The notes beneath the pieces were generated by a model that was not told the origin of the DNA, searched no databases, and worked only from the letters and a program-made list of their open reading frames with translations. The translations under genes were made by a program, and so were the position numbers. A DNA stretch of 64,000 bases from an uncultured delta proteobacterium. GTDB lineage: Bacteria; Myxococcota_A; Polyangia; Polyangiales; Polyangiaceae. Of the stretch, positions 1-8,990 are shown in pieces. The stretch is from NCBI GenBank assembly GCA_963850305.1, contig CAWKKR010000007.1, forward strand, positions 256,001-320,000, read 5' to 3'. Within the stretch, counting starts at the first letter, position 1. Each line of letters opens with the position of its first letter.

Positions 1-329
1 TCGAGAAAAACCTTCAGCGGGAGGTAATCGTTGTGTGACGAAAGCAGGCGCATGACCCAGTGCTCTCGCATCGGTTCGAGTCCGAGCGTGCGAAAGATTT
101 CCGCGAAGAGCCGCAGATGAGCGAGCTCCTGACGAGCTTGGCGGGCATAGAACTCCGCGGCCTCGAGCGAACGCGCTGCGTAAAGCGAGCGGCCGCAATA
201 AACGCCCGTCGCTTCGCCGAACAGCGCCTGCGACAGCACGAAGCGGACGATCTCCCGATCGCGCGGCGCGTCGAGGTCGAAGGTGGCGCCCCCGAAGTCA
301 TAGCGAGGGCCTCGAGCAGCGGACTCCAT
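1..329 (-). CDS. Ferritin-like/diiron-fold protein, 5' part (runs off window start)
   Basis: Not in ORF track. Manual translation from ATG 329: MESAARGPRYDFGGATFDL...QALFGEATGVYCG...ARQELAHLRLFAEIF..., open to position 1, with Glu and ExxH motifs spaced as in ferritin-like helices. Confidence 0.6.
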   Translation of the reverse strand, partial: MESAARGPRYDFGGATFDLDAPRDREIVRFVLSQALFGEATGVYCGRSLYAARSLEAAEFYARQARQELAHLRLFAEIFRTLGLEPMREHWVMRLLSSHNDYLPLKVFL

Positions 330-590
330 GCGCTTCAAATAGCACCAGATCCGGACATGAAAGCGGCCCGACCTCGGGCCCGAGCTGGGCCCCGCCCGGA
401 GCATTTTCTCGGCGCCGCGAGAAATGTAGCTCACAAAACAAACTGAAAGTACAGCCACTTAGGCGGGGAGGCCGGATTGGGCTTCCCCCCTCGCGGAAGG
501 TGTAGTTGCAAGTGGGTCAATGCGCGGCCGGAGACCACCGCATGGGCAGCTGTGGTATCGAGAAGTTTTCATGGTGCGGTGTAAAAGAGG

Positions 591-2168
591 ATGAAGGGGT
601 TCGAGCCAATCGCAACTGACGCGCCCGCGAAGCCGGACGCCATGATCGGTCGCGTTCTCGCGGACCGCTACGAGATCCGCTCGCTCATCGGCGAGGGGGG
701 TATGGGCCGCGTTTACGAAGGGCGGCAGCGCGCGCTCGACCGACCCGTCGCGATCAAGTGCATTCACCCGTATCTCCTGGCAAACGAACCGATGCTGGTC
801 CGTTTCATGGAGGAAGCGCGCGTCGCGAGTCAGCTCGTTCACCCGAACATCGTGAAAATCTACGACTTCGCACGAACGACACCGCCGGACGCGCCCGCGT
901 TCTTTCTGGTCATGGAGCTTCTGTCCGGCCCCGATCTGGCGAGCATCCTGCGCCAGGGCGGTCCGATGCCCCTCGGGCGCATTCGTTCGATCCTCACGCA
1001 GGCGCTCTCGGCGCTCGGCGAGGCGCACGCTCGCGGTGTCACGCACCGCGACGCCAAGCCCGACAACGTGATCCTGGAGCAGACGGAGGGACGCGCGGAG
1101 CGAGTCAAGATCATCGATTTCGGCATCGCGAAGGTGCACGGTGCGCGCGGGGTCACGAGTGTCGGTCAATTCGTCGGAACGCCCCAGTACATGCCGCCCG
1201 AGCAGATCCGGGGCGAAGCGGTCGAAGTGAGCGCAGATCTGTACGCCGTCGGCGTCACTCTCTTTCAGATGCTCACCGGGCGATTGCTCTTCGACGCCGA
1301 CACCGTGACGGCGGTGCTCGAGCAGCAGCTCTACGCGCGCCGCCCCGATCCGCGAGAAATCACGCCCCGGGACGACTGCTCGGACGAGCTTGCAGGCGTT
1401 TGCCTGCGTGCACTCGATCTGGACGTCCGGAATCGATTTCCGAGTGCGGACTCCTTCGCGGAGGCGCTGGACGACGCGATCGCAGCCATCGAACCTGGGG
1501 CGGAGACACGACGCAGCCCATACCCATTGCTGGCGTCGGAGCGTGCCGCGTTCGCCGAATCTCGCCGCTCGACACAGCCGAGCAGCGTACCTCCGCGCTC
1601 GGGCGCGCGGCCAATCGATTTCGCGACTGCGGAGCGCATCGAACGTGCTGCAGACGCAGAGCTCGCTCACGGGCGGCTCGCGAACGCGGAAGTCGAGCTC
1701 CGTCGCGGACTCGAGCTCGGCAATCGTTGGCTGGACGCAGCCGAGCCGGAGCTCGGCCAGGCCGCGCTGATGGTCTTCGGCAGGAGGCTCGGTGCGCTGC
1801 TTCGCGACGCCGGGCGGCTCGAGGAGTCGGAGCGAATGCTCCGGTCGTCGCTCGCGCAATCGGAGGCGGAAGAGCTCGGGCGAGGCCGCATCCTCGCCGA
1901 GCTCGTGGCCACGCTCGTCGAGCGAGGCTCCATCGCCGCCGCGGAGGCGTTTCGTATCGAAGCGCTCCGCATCGCCAACGCGCACGGGGATCGCGAGCTT
2001 CTCGCGCGGCTCCGCCGGCTGGCTCAGTCGCTCGCGCTCTCTCTCGTCACGCGGGGTGCCGTGGCACCGTCCGAGGGCAGCGGCACTCCGCCTCCACGCC
2101 GGTCCGAGTGGCGGTTCAAGCCGGACATCGAGCCTCCAGAGGACCTCCGGGCGCGCCGCCGGAGATAA
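591..2168 (+). CDS. Eukaryote-like Ser/Thr protein kinase with helical (TPR-like) C-terminus
   Basis: GEGGMGRVY, VAIK, HRDAKPDN, DFG, GTPQYMPPEQ, DLYAVG motifs. Confidence 0.93.
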   Translation: MKGFEPIATDAPAKPDAMIGRVLADRYEIRSLIGEGGMGRVYEGRQRALDRPVAIKCIHPYLLANEPMLVRFMEEARVASQLVHPNIVKIYDFARTTPPDAPAFFLVMELLSGPDLASILRQGGPMPLGRIRSILTQALSALGEAHARGVTHRDAKPDNVILEQTEGRAERVKIIDFGIAKVHGARGVTSVGQFVGTPQYMPPEQIRGEAVEVSADLYAVGVTLFQMLTGRLLFDADTVTAVLEQQLYARRPDPREITPRDDCSDELAGVCLRALDLDVRNRFPSADSFAEALDDAIAAIEPGAETRRSPYPLLASERAAFAESRRSTQPSSVPPRSGARPIDFATAERIERAADAELAHGRLANAEVELRRGLELGNRWLDAAEPELGQAALMVFGRRLGALLRDAGRLEESERMLRSSLAQSEAEELGRGRILAELVATLVERGSIAAAEAFRIEALRIANAHGDRELLARLRRLAQSLALSLVTRGAVAPSEGSGTPPPRRSEWRFKPDIEPPEDLRARRRR

Positions 2169-2176
2169 TCGCGGCG

Positions 2177-2196
2177 CCGTCACCGAACCGTCACAG
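2177..2196 (+). promoter_or_regulatory. Pho box upstream of phoB
   Basis: CCGTCACCGAACCGTCACAG: GTCAC at 2179 and 2190 (11-bp period), 26 nt before the phoB ATG. Confidence 0.75.
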
Positions 2197-2215
2197 GAAG
2201 CGGTTACTGGGCCTC

Positions 2216-2920
2216 ATGGCACGTATCTTGGTGGTCGAAGACGAGCAGGATCTACAAAAGGTGCTCGAATACAACCTCAGGCAAGCGGGTCACGAGCCCG
2301 TGTCGACGATGAGGGGCAAGGACGTGCTCGACCTGGTTCGCGCCCGGCGTCCCGACGTGGTTCTCTTGGACCTCATGTTGCCCGATATCGCGGGAACCGA
2401 GGTTTGCCGCGCGCTGAAGGCGGACGCGGCCACACGTGGCATTCCGGTGGTGATGCTCACCGCGCGCGGTGAGGAGATCGATCGCGTGGTCGGCTTCGAG
2501 CTCGGGGCGGACGATTACGTCGTGAAGCCGTTCAGCGTGCGTGAGCTGCTCCTCCGCATCCAGGCCGTTCTCCGGCGTGGCGTTCAGGAGCCCGTGGAAG
2601 AGGTGGAGGGCAGAGTGCAATTCGGCTGCCTCACCTTCGATCGCGCCGCGCACCGCGCGTGGGTGGAGCGCGAGGAGGTGGAGCTCACCGCGCTCGAGTT
2701 CAAGCTGCTGGTGACGCTCTACGATCGGAGAGATCGCGTGCAGAGCCGCGCCACGCTGCTCGACGACGTCTGGGGTATCACGGCGGATATCACGACCCGC
2801 ACGGTGGATACGCACGTCAAACGTCTCCGCGAGAAGCTCGACGGGGCTCGCGACTACATCGAAACCGTCCGGGGGGTTGGGTATCGATTCGTGGCGGCCC
2901 CTGCCGAGGCCATCGCTTGA
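2216..2920 (+). CDS. phoB: Phosphate regulon response regulator (OmpR/PhoB family)
   Basis: MARILVVEDE, DLMLP, GADDYVVKPF, RTVDTHVKRLREKL, ETVRGVGYRF; sits directly before phoR-pst; true start ATG 2216 inside ORF 758..2920. Confidence 0.92.
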   Translation: MARILVVEDEQDLQKVLEYNLRQAGHEPVSTMRGKDVLDLVRARRPDVVLLDLMLPDIAGTEVCRALKADAATRGIPVVMLTARGEEIDRVVGFELGADDYVVKPFSVRELLLRIQAVLRRGVQEPVEEVEGRVQFGCLTFDRAAHRAWVEREEVELTALEFKLLVTLYDRRDRVQSRATLLDDVWGITADITTRTVDTHVKRLREKLDGARDYIETVRGVGYRFVAAPAEAIA

Positions 2921-4350
2921 AGCTTGGGATTCAAGGCAAGCTCGTTCTGATTTCTCTGGGGGTGCTGGTCCCGGCTTTCGCGCTCGCGTACGCGTATCTG
3001 CGTCACCAGATCGAGGTCGGGCTCGGATTGCCCGCTGCGGACGTTTCAGCCGCGGTGGAGCGGCTCGACCGGATGGCGAGCCTCGCGGGACTCGTTGCAT
3101 TCTCGGTTGCGCTCGTGATGTCCACCATCGCGGCCAACCTGGCGTCGCGAACGGCGCGGCAGCTCGCGGTAGCCGCCCGAAAGATGGCGGAGGGCGATCT
3201 CGCGACGCGCGCCGGTCCGCACGGCGAAGACGAGTTCGGGGAGCTCGGCACGGCGCTCGATCAGCTCGCGCGCGGCTATTCGACGCTGGTCGCCGATCAC
3301 CGTCGCGAGCGTGATCGCATGCGGGGCGTTCTTGCCGGCATGCGCGAGGGCGTCTTGCTTCTCGATCGAAGCCGCCGGGTCGCGCTCGTCAACCCGGCGC
3401 TTCGCGAGATGCTTCTCCTCGGCGCGGACGTGGAGGGCAAGTCGCCCCTCGAGATCATTCGTCATGGCGAGCTGGTCCGGCTCCTCGACGAGGCGAACGA
3501 GGAGGACTCCGCCTCGGGTGAGATGGACGTCGGCGGTCTGAAGCCGCGCCGCTTGCTGGTCCACGTCGTTCGGATCCCAGGTCAGGAGGGCGGGTTGCTC
3601 GCCGTGTTCGTCGACGTGACGCACCTGCGGCGGCTCGAGACGCTCAGGCGCGACTTCGTGGCCAATGCGTCCCACGAACTCCGCACTCCGATTGCCGCGA
3701 TCTCTTCAGCGGCCGAGACACTCGACGCTGCCGTTTCGCGCGACCCCGTCGCGGCGAAGGATTTCGTGCAGATGATCTTGCGCAACGCGGAGCGGCTGAG
3801 AAACCTCGTCGACGATCTCCTGGACCTCTCGCGTATCGAATCGCAAGATTTCGCCGTCCGGCTCGAAGAGGTCGACGCGGGCGAGGTTTCCAAGGTCGTC
3901 GTGGATCTGTTCCGGGAGCGGGCTTCGAAGAAGGACATTCGCTTCGCGTCGGAGTTCGCGAAGGACTCCCGGGCTCTCGCCGATCGTCGCGGGCTCGAGC
4001 ACGTCCTCACGAATCTCGTCGACAACGCGGTCAAGTATTGCGTCCCAGGCAGTACGATCACCGTCCGCACCCATGCCGACGGGGCGAGTCTCCGTGTGGA
4101 AGTGGACGACGACGGCCCCGGAATCGAAAAGCAGCATTTGCCGCGTCTCTTCGAGCGGTTCTATCGCGTCGATCCAGGGCGCTCCCGGCAGCTCGGCGGG
4201 ACCGGGCTCGGCCTGTCGATCGTCAAGCATCTCGTGGACGCCATGCGTGGCTCCATCAGCGTCGACAGCGAGCCCGGCAAGGGAACATGCTTCACGGTTC
4301 GCCTCAAGTCCGCGGCCGGAGCCGTAGAGGAGAGCCCGAACGCCGCGTAG
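2917..4350 (+). CDS. phoR: Phosphate regulon sensor histidine kinase (2 TM-HAMP-PAS-HisKA-HATPase)
   Basis: DFVANASHELRTP, NLVDNAVKY, FERFYRVD..RSRQLGGTGLGLSIVKH; TTG start overlaps phoB stop. Confidence 0.92.
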   Translation: MKLGIQGKLVLISLGVLVPAFALAYAYLRHQIEVGLGLPAADVSAAVERLDRMASLAGLVAFSVALVMSTIAANLASRTARQLAVAARKMAEGDLATRAGPHGEDEFGELGTALDQLARGYSTLVADHRRERDRMRGVLAGMREGVLLLDRSRRVALVNPALREMLLLGADVEGKSPLEIIRHGELVRLLDEANEEDSASGEMDVGGLKPRRLLVHVVRIPGQEGGLLAVFVDVTHLRRLETLRRDFVANASHELRTPIAAISSAAETLDAAVSRDPVAAKDFVQMILRNAERLRNLVDDLLDLSRIESQDFAVRLEEVDAGEVSKVVVDLFRERASKKDIRFASEFAKDSRALADRRGLEHVLTNLVDNAVKYCVPGSTITVRTHADGASLRVEVDDDGPGIEKQHLPRLFERFYRVDPGRSRQLGGTGLGLSIVKHLVDAMRGSISVDSEPGKGTCFTVRLKSAAGAVEESPNAA

Positions 4351-4378
4351 AGACGACGGATTTAACCGGGATTTCGGT

Positions 4379-4397
4379 CTGTCACACAACCGTCACG
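4379..4397 (+). promoter_or_regulatory. Pho box upstream of pstS
   Basis: CTGTCACACAACCGTCAC: GTCAC at 4381 and 4392, close to the canonical CTGTCAT-N4-CTGTCAY box. Confidence 0.85.
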
Positions 4398-4457
4398 CAT
4401 GTGTTGCCGCCACGACGCGCAGCGCCGCGGCAAGCTTTGTTAGACACCCCCTGCAAG

Positions 4458-5555
4458 ATGAAATCCAATCTTCTTCTGCTGTGGTTGGCTGCCGTCGGCG
4501 CGCTTTTTGCCGGAGGCTGCAAGGGCGGGGAAGGTCAACCGGACAAGTCTGGCGCGCCATCCAGCGAACCCGCCAAGGCGGGGCCGGTCAGCTTGAACGG
4601 CGCCGGCGCCACGTTCCCTTACCCGCTCTATTCGAAGTGGATGAGCGAGTACAACCGCGTCCACCCCGACATTCAGATCAACTATCAGTCGATCGGATCG
4701 GGGGGCGGTATCCGTCAGATTCAGGCCAAGACCGTGGACTTTGGCGCCTCGGACGCGCCGATGACGGCGGAAGAAGAGGCGAAGTCCAAGGGCAAGCTGC
4801 TTCACATTCCGACGACGCTCGGCGCCGTGGTGGTCGCGTACAACCTGCCCGGCGTCACGAGCCTCAAGCTGGACGCCTCGGCACTGGCCGGAATCTACCT
4901 CGGCACGATCACCAAGTGGGATGACCCGAAGCTCACGGCAGCGAACGCGGGAACGAAGCTGCCGGCGACGCCGATCGTCGTTGCTTATCGCAGCGACGGC
5001 AGCGGCACGACGGACGTGTTCACCGATTATCTCGCGAAGGTGAGCCCCGAGTGGAAGGACAAGGTTGGGGTCGGCAAGAGCGTCAAGTGGCCGGTCGGGC
5101 TCGGCGCCAAGGGCAACGAAGGCGTCACTGGCCAGGTCAAGACGAGTCCGGGCGGCATCGGCTACGTGGAGCTGGCGTACGCGATGGAGAACAAGCTGCC
5201 GATGGCCGCCATGAAGAACGCCAGCGGCAAGTTCGTCACGCCCGACATCGCGGCCATCACTGCTGCGGCGGCCGGCGTCGAGATGCCTGACTCGCTGCAC
5301 GTGTCGATCACCAACGCGGCGGGCGACGTGGCGTATCCGATCTCCTCTTTCACCTATATCCTCGTCTACGAGGACGCTCCCGATGCGGTGAAGGGCAAGG
5401 TGCTCGCGAATTTTCTGTGGTGGGCCATCCACGACGGACAGAAGTTCTCCGCGCCGCTGTACTACGCCCCCCTACCTGCCGCGGTCGTCGCCAAGGTCGA
5501 AGCTCGGCTCAAGACGCTCCAGTCGGGGGGCAAGGTGTTGCTCTCCGGGCCATGA
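4458..5555 (+). CDS. pstS: Phosphate ABC transporter substrate-binding lipoprotein
   Basis: Lipobox AGGC; GAGATFPYPLY, YQSIGSGGG, RSDGSGTT, GAKGNEGV. Confidence 0.96.
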   Translation: MKSNLLLLWLAAVGALFAGGCKGGEGQPDKSGAPSSEPAKAGPVSLNGAGATFPYPLYSKWMSEYNRVHPDIQINYQSIGSGGGIRQIQAKTVDFGASDAPMTAEEEAKSKGKLLHIPTTLGAVVVAYNLPGVTSLKLDASALAGIYLGTITKWDDPKLTAANAGTKLPATPIVVAYRSDGSGTTDVFTDYLAKVSPEWKDKVGVGKSVKWPVGLGAKGNEGVTGQVKTSPGGIGYVELAYAMENKLPMAAMKNASGKFVTPDIAAITAAAAGVEMPDSLHVSITNAAGDVAYPISSFTYILVYEDAPDAVKGKVLANFLWWAIHDGQKFSAPLYYAPLPAAVVAKVEARLKTLQSGGKVLLSGP

Positions 5556-5561
5556 GACGCG

Positions 5562-6545
5562 ATGCCCCGTAGCAGCTCCGAACTCTCGCTCATACGCGCG
5601 CAGCCGCGCATCTTGAGGCGCCTTGGCCGGGAAGCGAACCCGGGCGACTTTGCCTTCCGTGTCGCGACGACGCTGTTCGCGGGGGTCGTGCTGCTCGTCC
5701 TGCTCGTCATGGCGGTGCAGATGGCGCGCGCGTCGTCACTCAGCTTGAAGACGTTCGGGCTCGGCTTCATCGTGAGCACGGACTGGGATCCCGTGCGTGA
5801 CATATACGGCGCCCTGCCATTCATCTTCGGCACCGTCGTTTCGTCGTTTCTCGCGCTCTCGATCGCGGTGCCAGTCGCACTCGGCGTCGCGCTGTTCTTG
5901 ACGGAGCTCTCGCCCGTCTGGCTTCGCCAGCCGCTCGCGTTCCTCGTCGAGCTACTCGCCGCCGTTCCGAGCGTCGTTTACGGCCTCTGGGGCATCTTCG
6001 CCCTTGCCCCGCTGCTGCGCGACCACGCCGAGCCCGTGCTCGCCAGGCTGTTCGGATTCTTGCCGTTTTTCCGGGGCCCCCACGAAGGCTACGGCATGCT
6101 CGCGGCCGCGATCATTCTCGCGATCATGATCCTGCCGACGATCGCGTCCGTGAGTCGCGAAGTGCTTCGAGCCGTGCCCGACTCGTTTCGGGAGGGTGCG
6201 CTTGCGCTTGGCGCGACCAAGTGGGAATCGCTCCGCGACGTGGTGTTGCCCGTCGCGCGCTCGGGCCTCGTCGGCGCGATCATCCTCGGTCTCGGCCGCG
6301 CTCTCGGCGAGACCATGGCCGTCACGATGATCATCGGTAACCGGACGGAGATCAGCGCATCCCTCTTCGCCCCCTCGTACACGATGGCCAGCGTCATCGC
6401 GAACGAGTTCACGGAGGCGACCGGCGATCTCTACCTCTCGGCCCTGGCCGAGATCGGCCTGCTCTTGTTCGTGGTCACTCTCCTGCTGAATATCGTCGCC
6501 CGGCTTCTGATCTGGCGCGTGGCGACGCCGACGGGGGCCAGATGA
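5562..6545 (+). CDS. pstC: Phosphate ABC transporter permease
   Basis: ELLAAVPSVVYGLWG, REGALALGATKWE, GRALGETMAV. Confidence 0.95.
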   Translation: MPRSSSELSLIRAQPRILRRLGREANPGDFAFRVATTLFAGVVLLVLLVMAVQMARASSLSLKTFGLGFIVSTDWDPVRDIYGALPFIFGTVVSSFLALSIAVPVALGVALFLTELSPVWLRQPLAFLVELLAAVPSVVYGLWGIFALAPLLRDHAEPVLARLFGFLPFFRGPHEGYGMLAAAIILAIMILPTIASVSREVLRAVPDSFREGALALGATKWESLRDVVLPVARSGLVGAIILGLGRALGETMAVTMIIGNRTEISASLFAPSYTMASVIANEFTEATGDLYLSALAEIGLLLFVVTLLLNIVARLLIWRVATPTGAR

Positions 6546-7399
6546 ACTCCGAGCGATCGAGCAAGTACGCTCGGCGGCGTTTCACGAACGTCGGTTTCCG
6601 CGTGGCCTGCGGCGCGGCCGTCGCGCTCGCGCTGTTACCGCTCGTGAGCGTGCTCTACTTCACCGCGTCGCGGGGCCTCGGCGGGATCAACCTGGCCTTC
6701 TTCACGGCGCTGCCCAAGCCCGTGGGTGAAACGGGCGGCGGGATGGGCAACGCGATCGACGGCACGGTGAAGCTCGTCGGGATGGCGTGTCTATTCGGCA
6801 TGCCCATCGGGGTGCTTGCCGGCGTGTATCTGGCCGAGTTCCGGTCGAGCCGGTTCGCCACTGCCGTCCGCTTTTCGGCGGACGTCATGGCCGGCATCCC
6901 CTCGATCACGACCGGGATGGTCGTCTACAGCATCGTCGTCCTGTCGATGGGCCGCTTCAGCGCGATCGCGGGCGGCATCGCGCTCGCCCTCATCATGCTC
7001 CCGACCATCACGCGCACGACAGAGGAGCTGTTACTCCTCGTACCGGGGACGCTCCGCGAAGCCGCCCTCGGGCTTGGCGTCTCGAAGTGGCGGGCAACGC
7101 TGCGCGTCATCCTGCGTACGGCAGCGCCCGGCATCGTCACCGGGGTCATGCTGGCGGTCGCCAGAGTCGCTGGTGAAACGGCCCCCCTCCTGTTCACCGC
7201 CTTCAACAATCGGTTCTGGTCCCACGGGTTGGACCAACCCGTCGCCTCGCTCCCGGTCCAGATCTACACGTACGCGGTCTCGCCGTTCGAGGATTGGCAC
7301 CGGCAGGCATGGGCGGCAGCGCTGGTTCTCGTGACCTTGATCCTGCTCTTGAACGTGACGGCGAAGTTGCTCGTTCGACCTCGAGTAAAGGCAAGATGA
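6542..7399 (+). CDS. pstA: Phosphate ABC transporter permease
   Basis: [30 protein letters not shown]; 4-nt overlap with pstC. Confidence 0.95.
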   Translation: MNSERSSKYARRRFTNVGFRVACGAAVALALLPLVSVLYFTASRGLGGINLAFFTALPKPVGETGGGMGNAIDGTVKLVGMACLFGMPIGVLAGVYLAEFRSSRFATAVRFSADVMAGIPSITTGMVVYSIVVLSMGRFSAIAGGIALALIMLPTITRTTEELLLLVPGTLREAALGLGVSKWRATLRVILRTAAPGIVTGVMLAVARVAGETAPLLFTAFNNRFWSHGLDQPVASLPVQIYTYAVSPFEDWHRQAWAAALVLVTLILLLNVTAKLLVRPRVKAR

Positions 7400-8277
7400 C
7401 CGCGGAAGCTGGAGCCCACATGACCGATTCGCTCCTCGGGGATGGCGCCGCGGACGGGCCGCAGACGCGCATTTCGGCGCTCGCGAGCGGTCAGGAGTCG
7501 ACGAACGCGGCATCGACGGAAGGTGAATTCAAGATCCGCGTCGAAGGCCTGCGCGCCTTCTTCGGCGGCGCTGAGGTCATCAAGGGCGTCACCCTGCCGA
7601 TCCGGCGAAACAAGGTCACGGCCATCATCGGGCCGTCGGGCTGTGGCAAATCGACCTTCGTTCGCTGCCTGAACCGCATGCACGAAGTGACGCCCGGCGC
7701 CCGGGCCGACGGACGAGTGCTGCTGGACGGCCTCGACATCTACCGGGATGACGTGGACGCGGTTCGAGTGCGTCGCCGCGTCGGCATGGTCTTTCAGAAG
7801 CCGAACCCGTTCCCGACCATGTCGATTCGAGACAACGTCCTTGCCGGTCTTCGATTGAACGGGCTCGGCGTGGAATCCCCCGACGCGCTGGTGGAGGACT
7901 CGCTTCGCCGTGTCGCCTTGTGGGAAGAGGTGCGCGAAGGGCTCGGAAGGTCCGGCACGAGCCTTTCCGGCGGTCAGCAGCAGCGGTTGTGCATCGCGCG
8001 GGCGATTGCGCTAGAGCCGGAGGTGCTCCTGATGGACGAGCCGTGCTCGGCACTCGACCCGATCGCGACGGCCCGCGTCGAGGAACTCATCCACGAACTC
8101 CGGAACGCCTACACGATCGTCATCGTGACGCACAACATGCAACAAGCCGCCCGAGTGGCAGACTATACGGCGTTCTTCTACATGGGAGAACTGGTGGAGT
8201 ATGATTTGACCGACGTCATCTTCACCAAGCCGAGAGAGAGACGGACGGAGGATTACATCACCGGCCGTTTCGGTTGA
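7396..8277 (+). CDS. pstB: Phosphate ABC transporter ATPase
   Basis: [47 protein letters not shown]. Confidence 0.96.
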   Translation: MTAEAGAHMTDSLLGDGAADGPQTRISALASGQESTNAASTEGEFKIRVEGLRAFFGGAEVIKGVTLPIRRNKVTAIIGPSGCGKSTFVRCLNRMHEVTPGARADGRVLLDGLDIYRDDVDAVRVRRRVGMVFQKPNPFPTMSIRDNVLAGLRLNGLGVESPDALVEDSLRRVALWEEVREGLGRSGTSLSGGQQQRLCIARAIALEPEVLLMDEPCSALDPIATARVEELIHELRNAYTIVIVTHNMQQAARVADYTAFFYMGELVEYDLTDVIFTKPRERRTEDYITGRFG

Positions 8278-8294
8278 GGGAGACCGAGTTGGTA

Positions 8295-8975
8295 ATGCGG
8301 CATACTGACAGAGAGTACGAGCACGAGCTCCAGGAGCTTCGTGACGCGGTTCTACTGATGGGAGCGCGCGTCGAGGAGATGACGAAGAGCGCGCTCGATT
8401 CGTTCGGTCGTCACGACATCGAGCTTGCTCGCGCGACCGTCGCGATGGATGTGGAGATCGACCGACTCGAGATGGACATCGACGAGCGGTGCGTGCGGGT
8501 GCTCGCGCGCCGTCAGCCGGTCGCGTCGGATCTCCGGTTCGTCACGACGACCCTCAAGATCGTCACCGACCTCGAGCGGATGGGCGATCTCGCCGTGAAC
8601 CTGTGCGAGCGCGTCATGGACCTCGACGCGGACACGCTGAAACCCGTCCGCCAATCACTCGTTCAGATGGGGCAGGTGGTCGCCGACATGCAGCACGAGG
8701 CGCTCGACGCCTTCATCCAGAACGACGCCGCCCGGGCCGAACGCGTCATCTTGCGCGACGCCGTCGTGGACGCGAACTATGCGCGCATCTTCCCCGAGCT
8801 CCTCGGCCATATGATGCAAGATCCGCAGAGCATGTCCACCGCGCAGCGGCTTCAATCGATCGCCAAGTACCTCGAGCGCATCGCCGATCACGCGACGAAC
8901 CTCGGCGAGATGGTCGTCTTCATGGTGCGCGGGGAAGACAAGCGACACGCCCAGAAGATGGGCCGAGCTCCGTGA
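8295..8975 (+). CDS. phoU: Phosphate signalling/uptake regulator
   Basis: QPVASDLR, DLERMGD, YLERIADHATN. Confidence 0.95.
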   Translation: MRHTDREYEHELQELRDAVLLMGARVEEMTKSALDSFGRHDIELARATVAMDVEIDRLEMDIDERCVRVLARRQPVASDLRFVTTTLKIVTDLERMGDLAVNLCERVMDLDADTLKPVRQSLVQMGQVVADMQHEALDAFIQNDAARAERVILRDAVVDANYARIFPELLGHMMQDPQSMSTAQRLQSIAKYLERIADHATNLGEMVVFMVRGEDKRHAQKMGRAP

Positions 8976-8990
8976 GAGCTCGGTGCTCGG

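Noticed and set aside
60..446. 128-aa plus-strand ORF
   Set aside because: Overlaps the more protein-like minus-strand ferritin-like frame.
459..2183. Long antisense and alternate-frame ORFs here and throughout (e.g. 10907..12670, 39388..40821, 47649..49055)
   Set aside because: Shadows of well-supported genes, expected in high-GC DNA; no recognisable motifs.
758..2215. N-terminal extensions of PhoB, PhoR, PstS, the oxidase and the lipoproteins in the ORF track
   Set aside because: Out-of-frame read-through over upstream genes; internal starts with coupling, RBS or signal peptides fit better.
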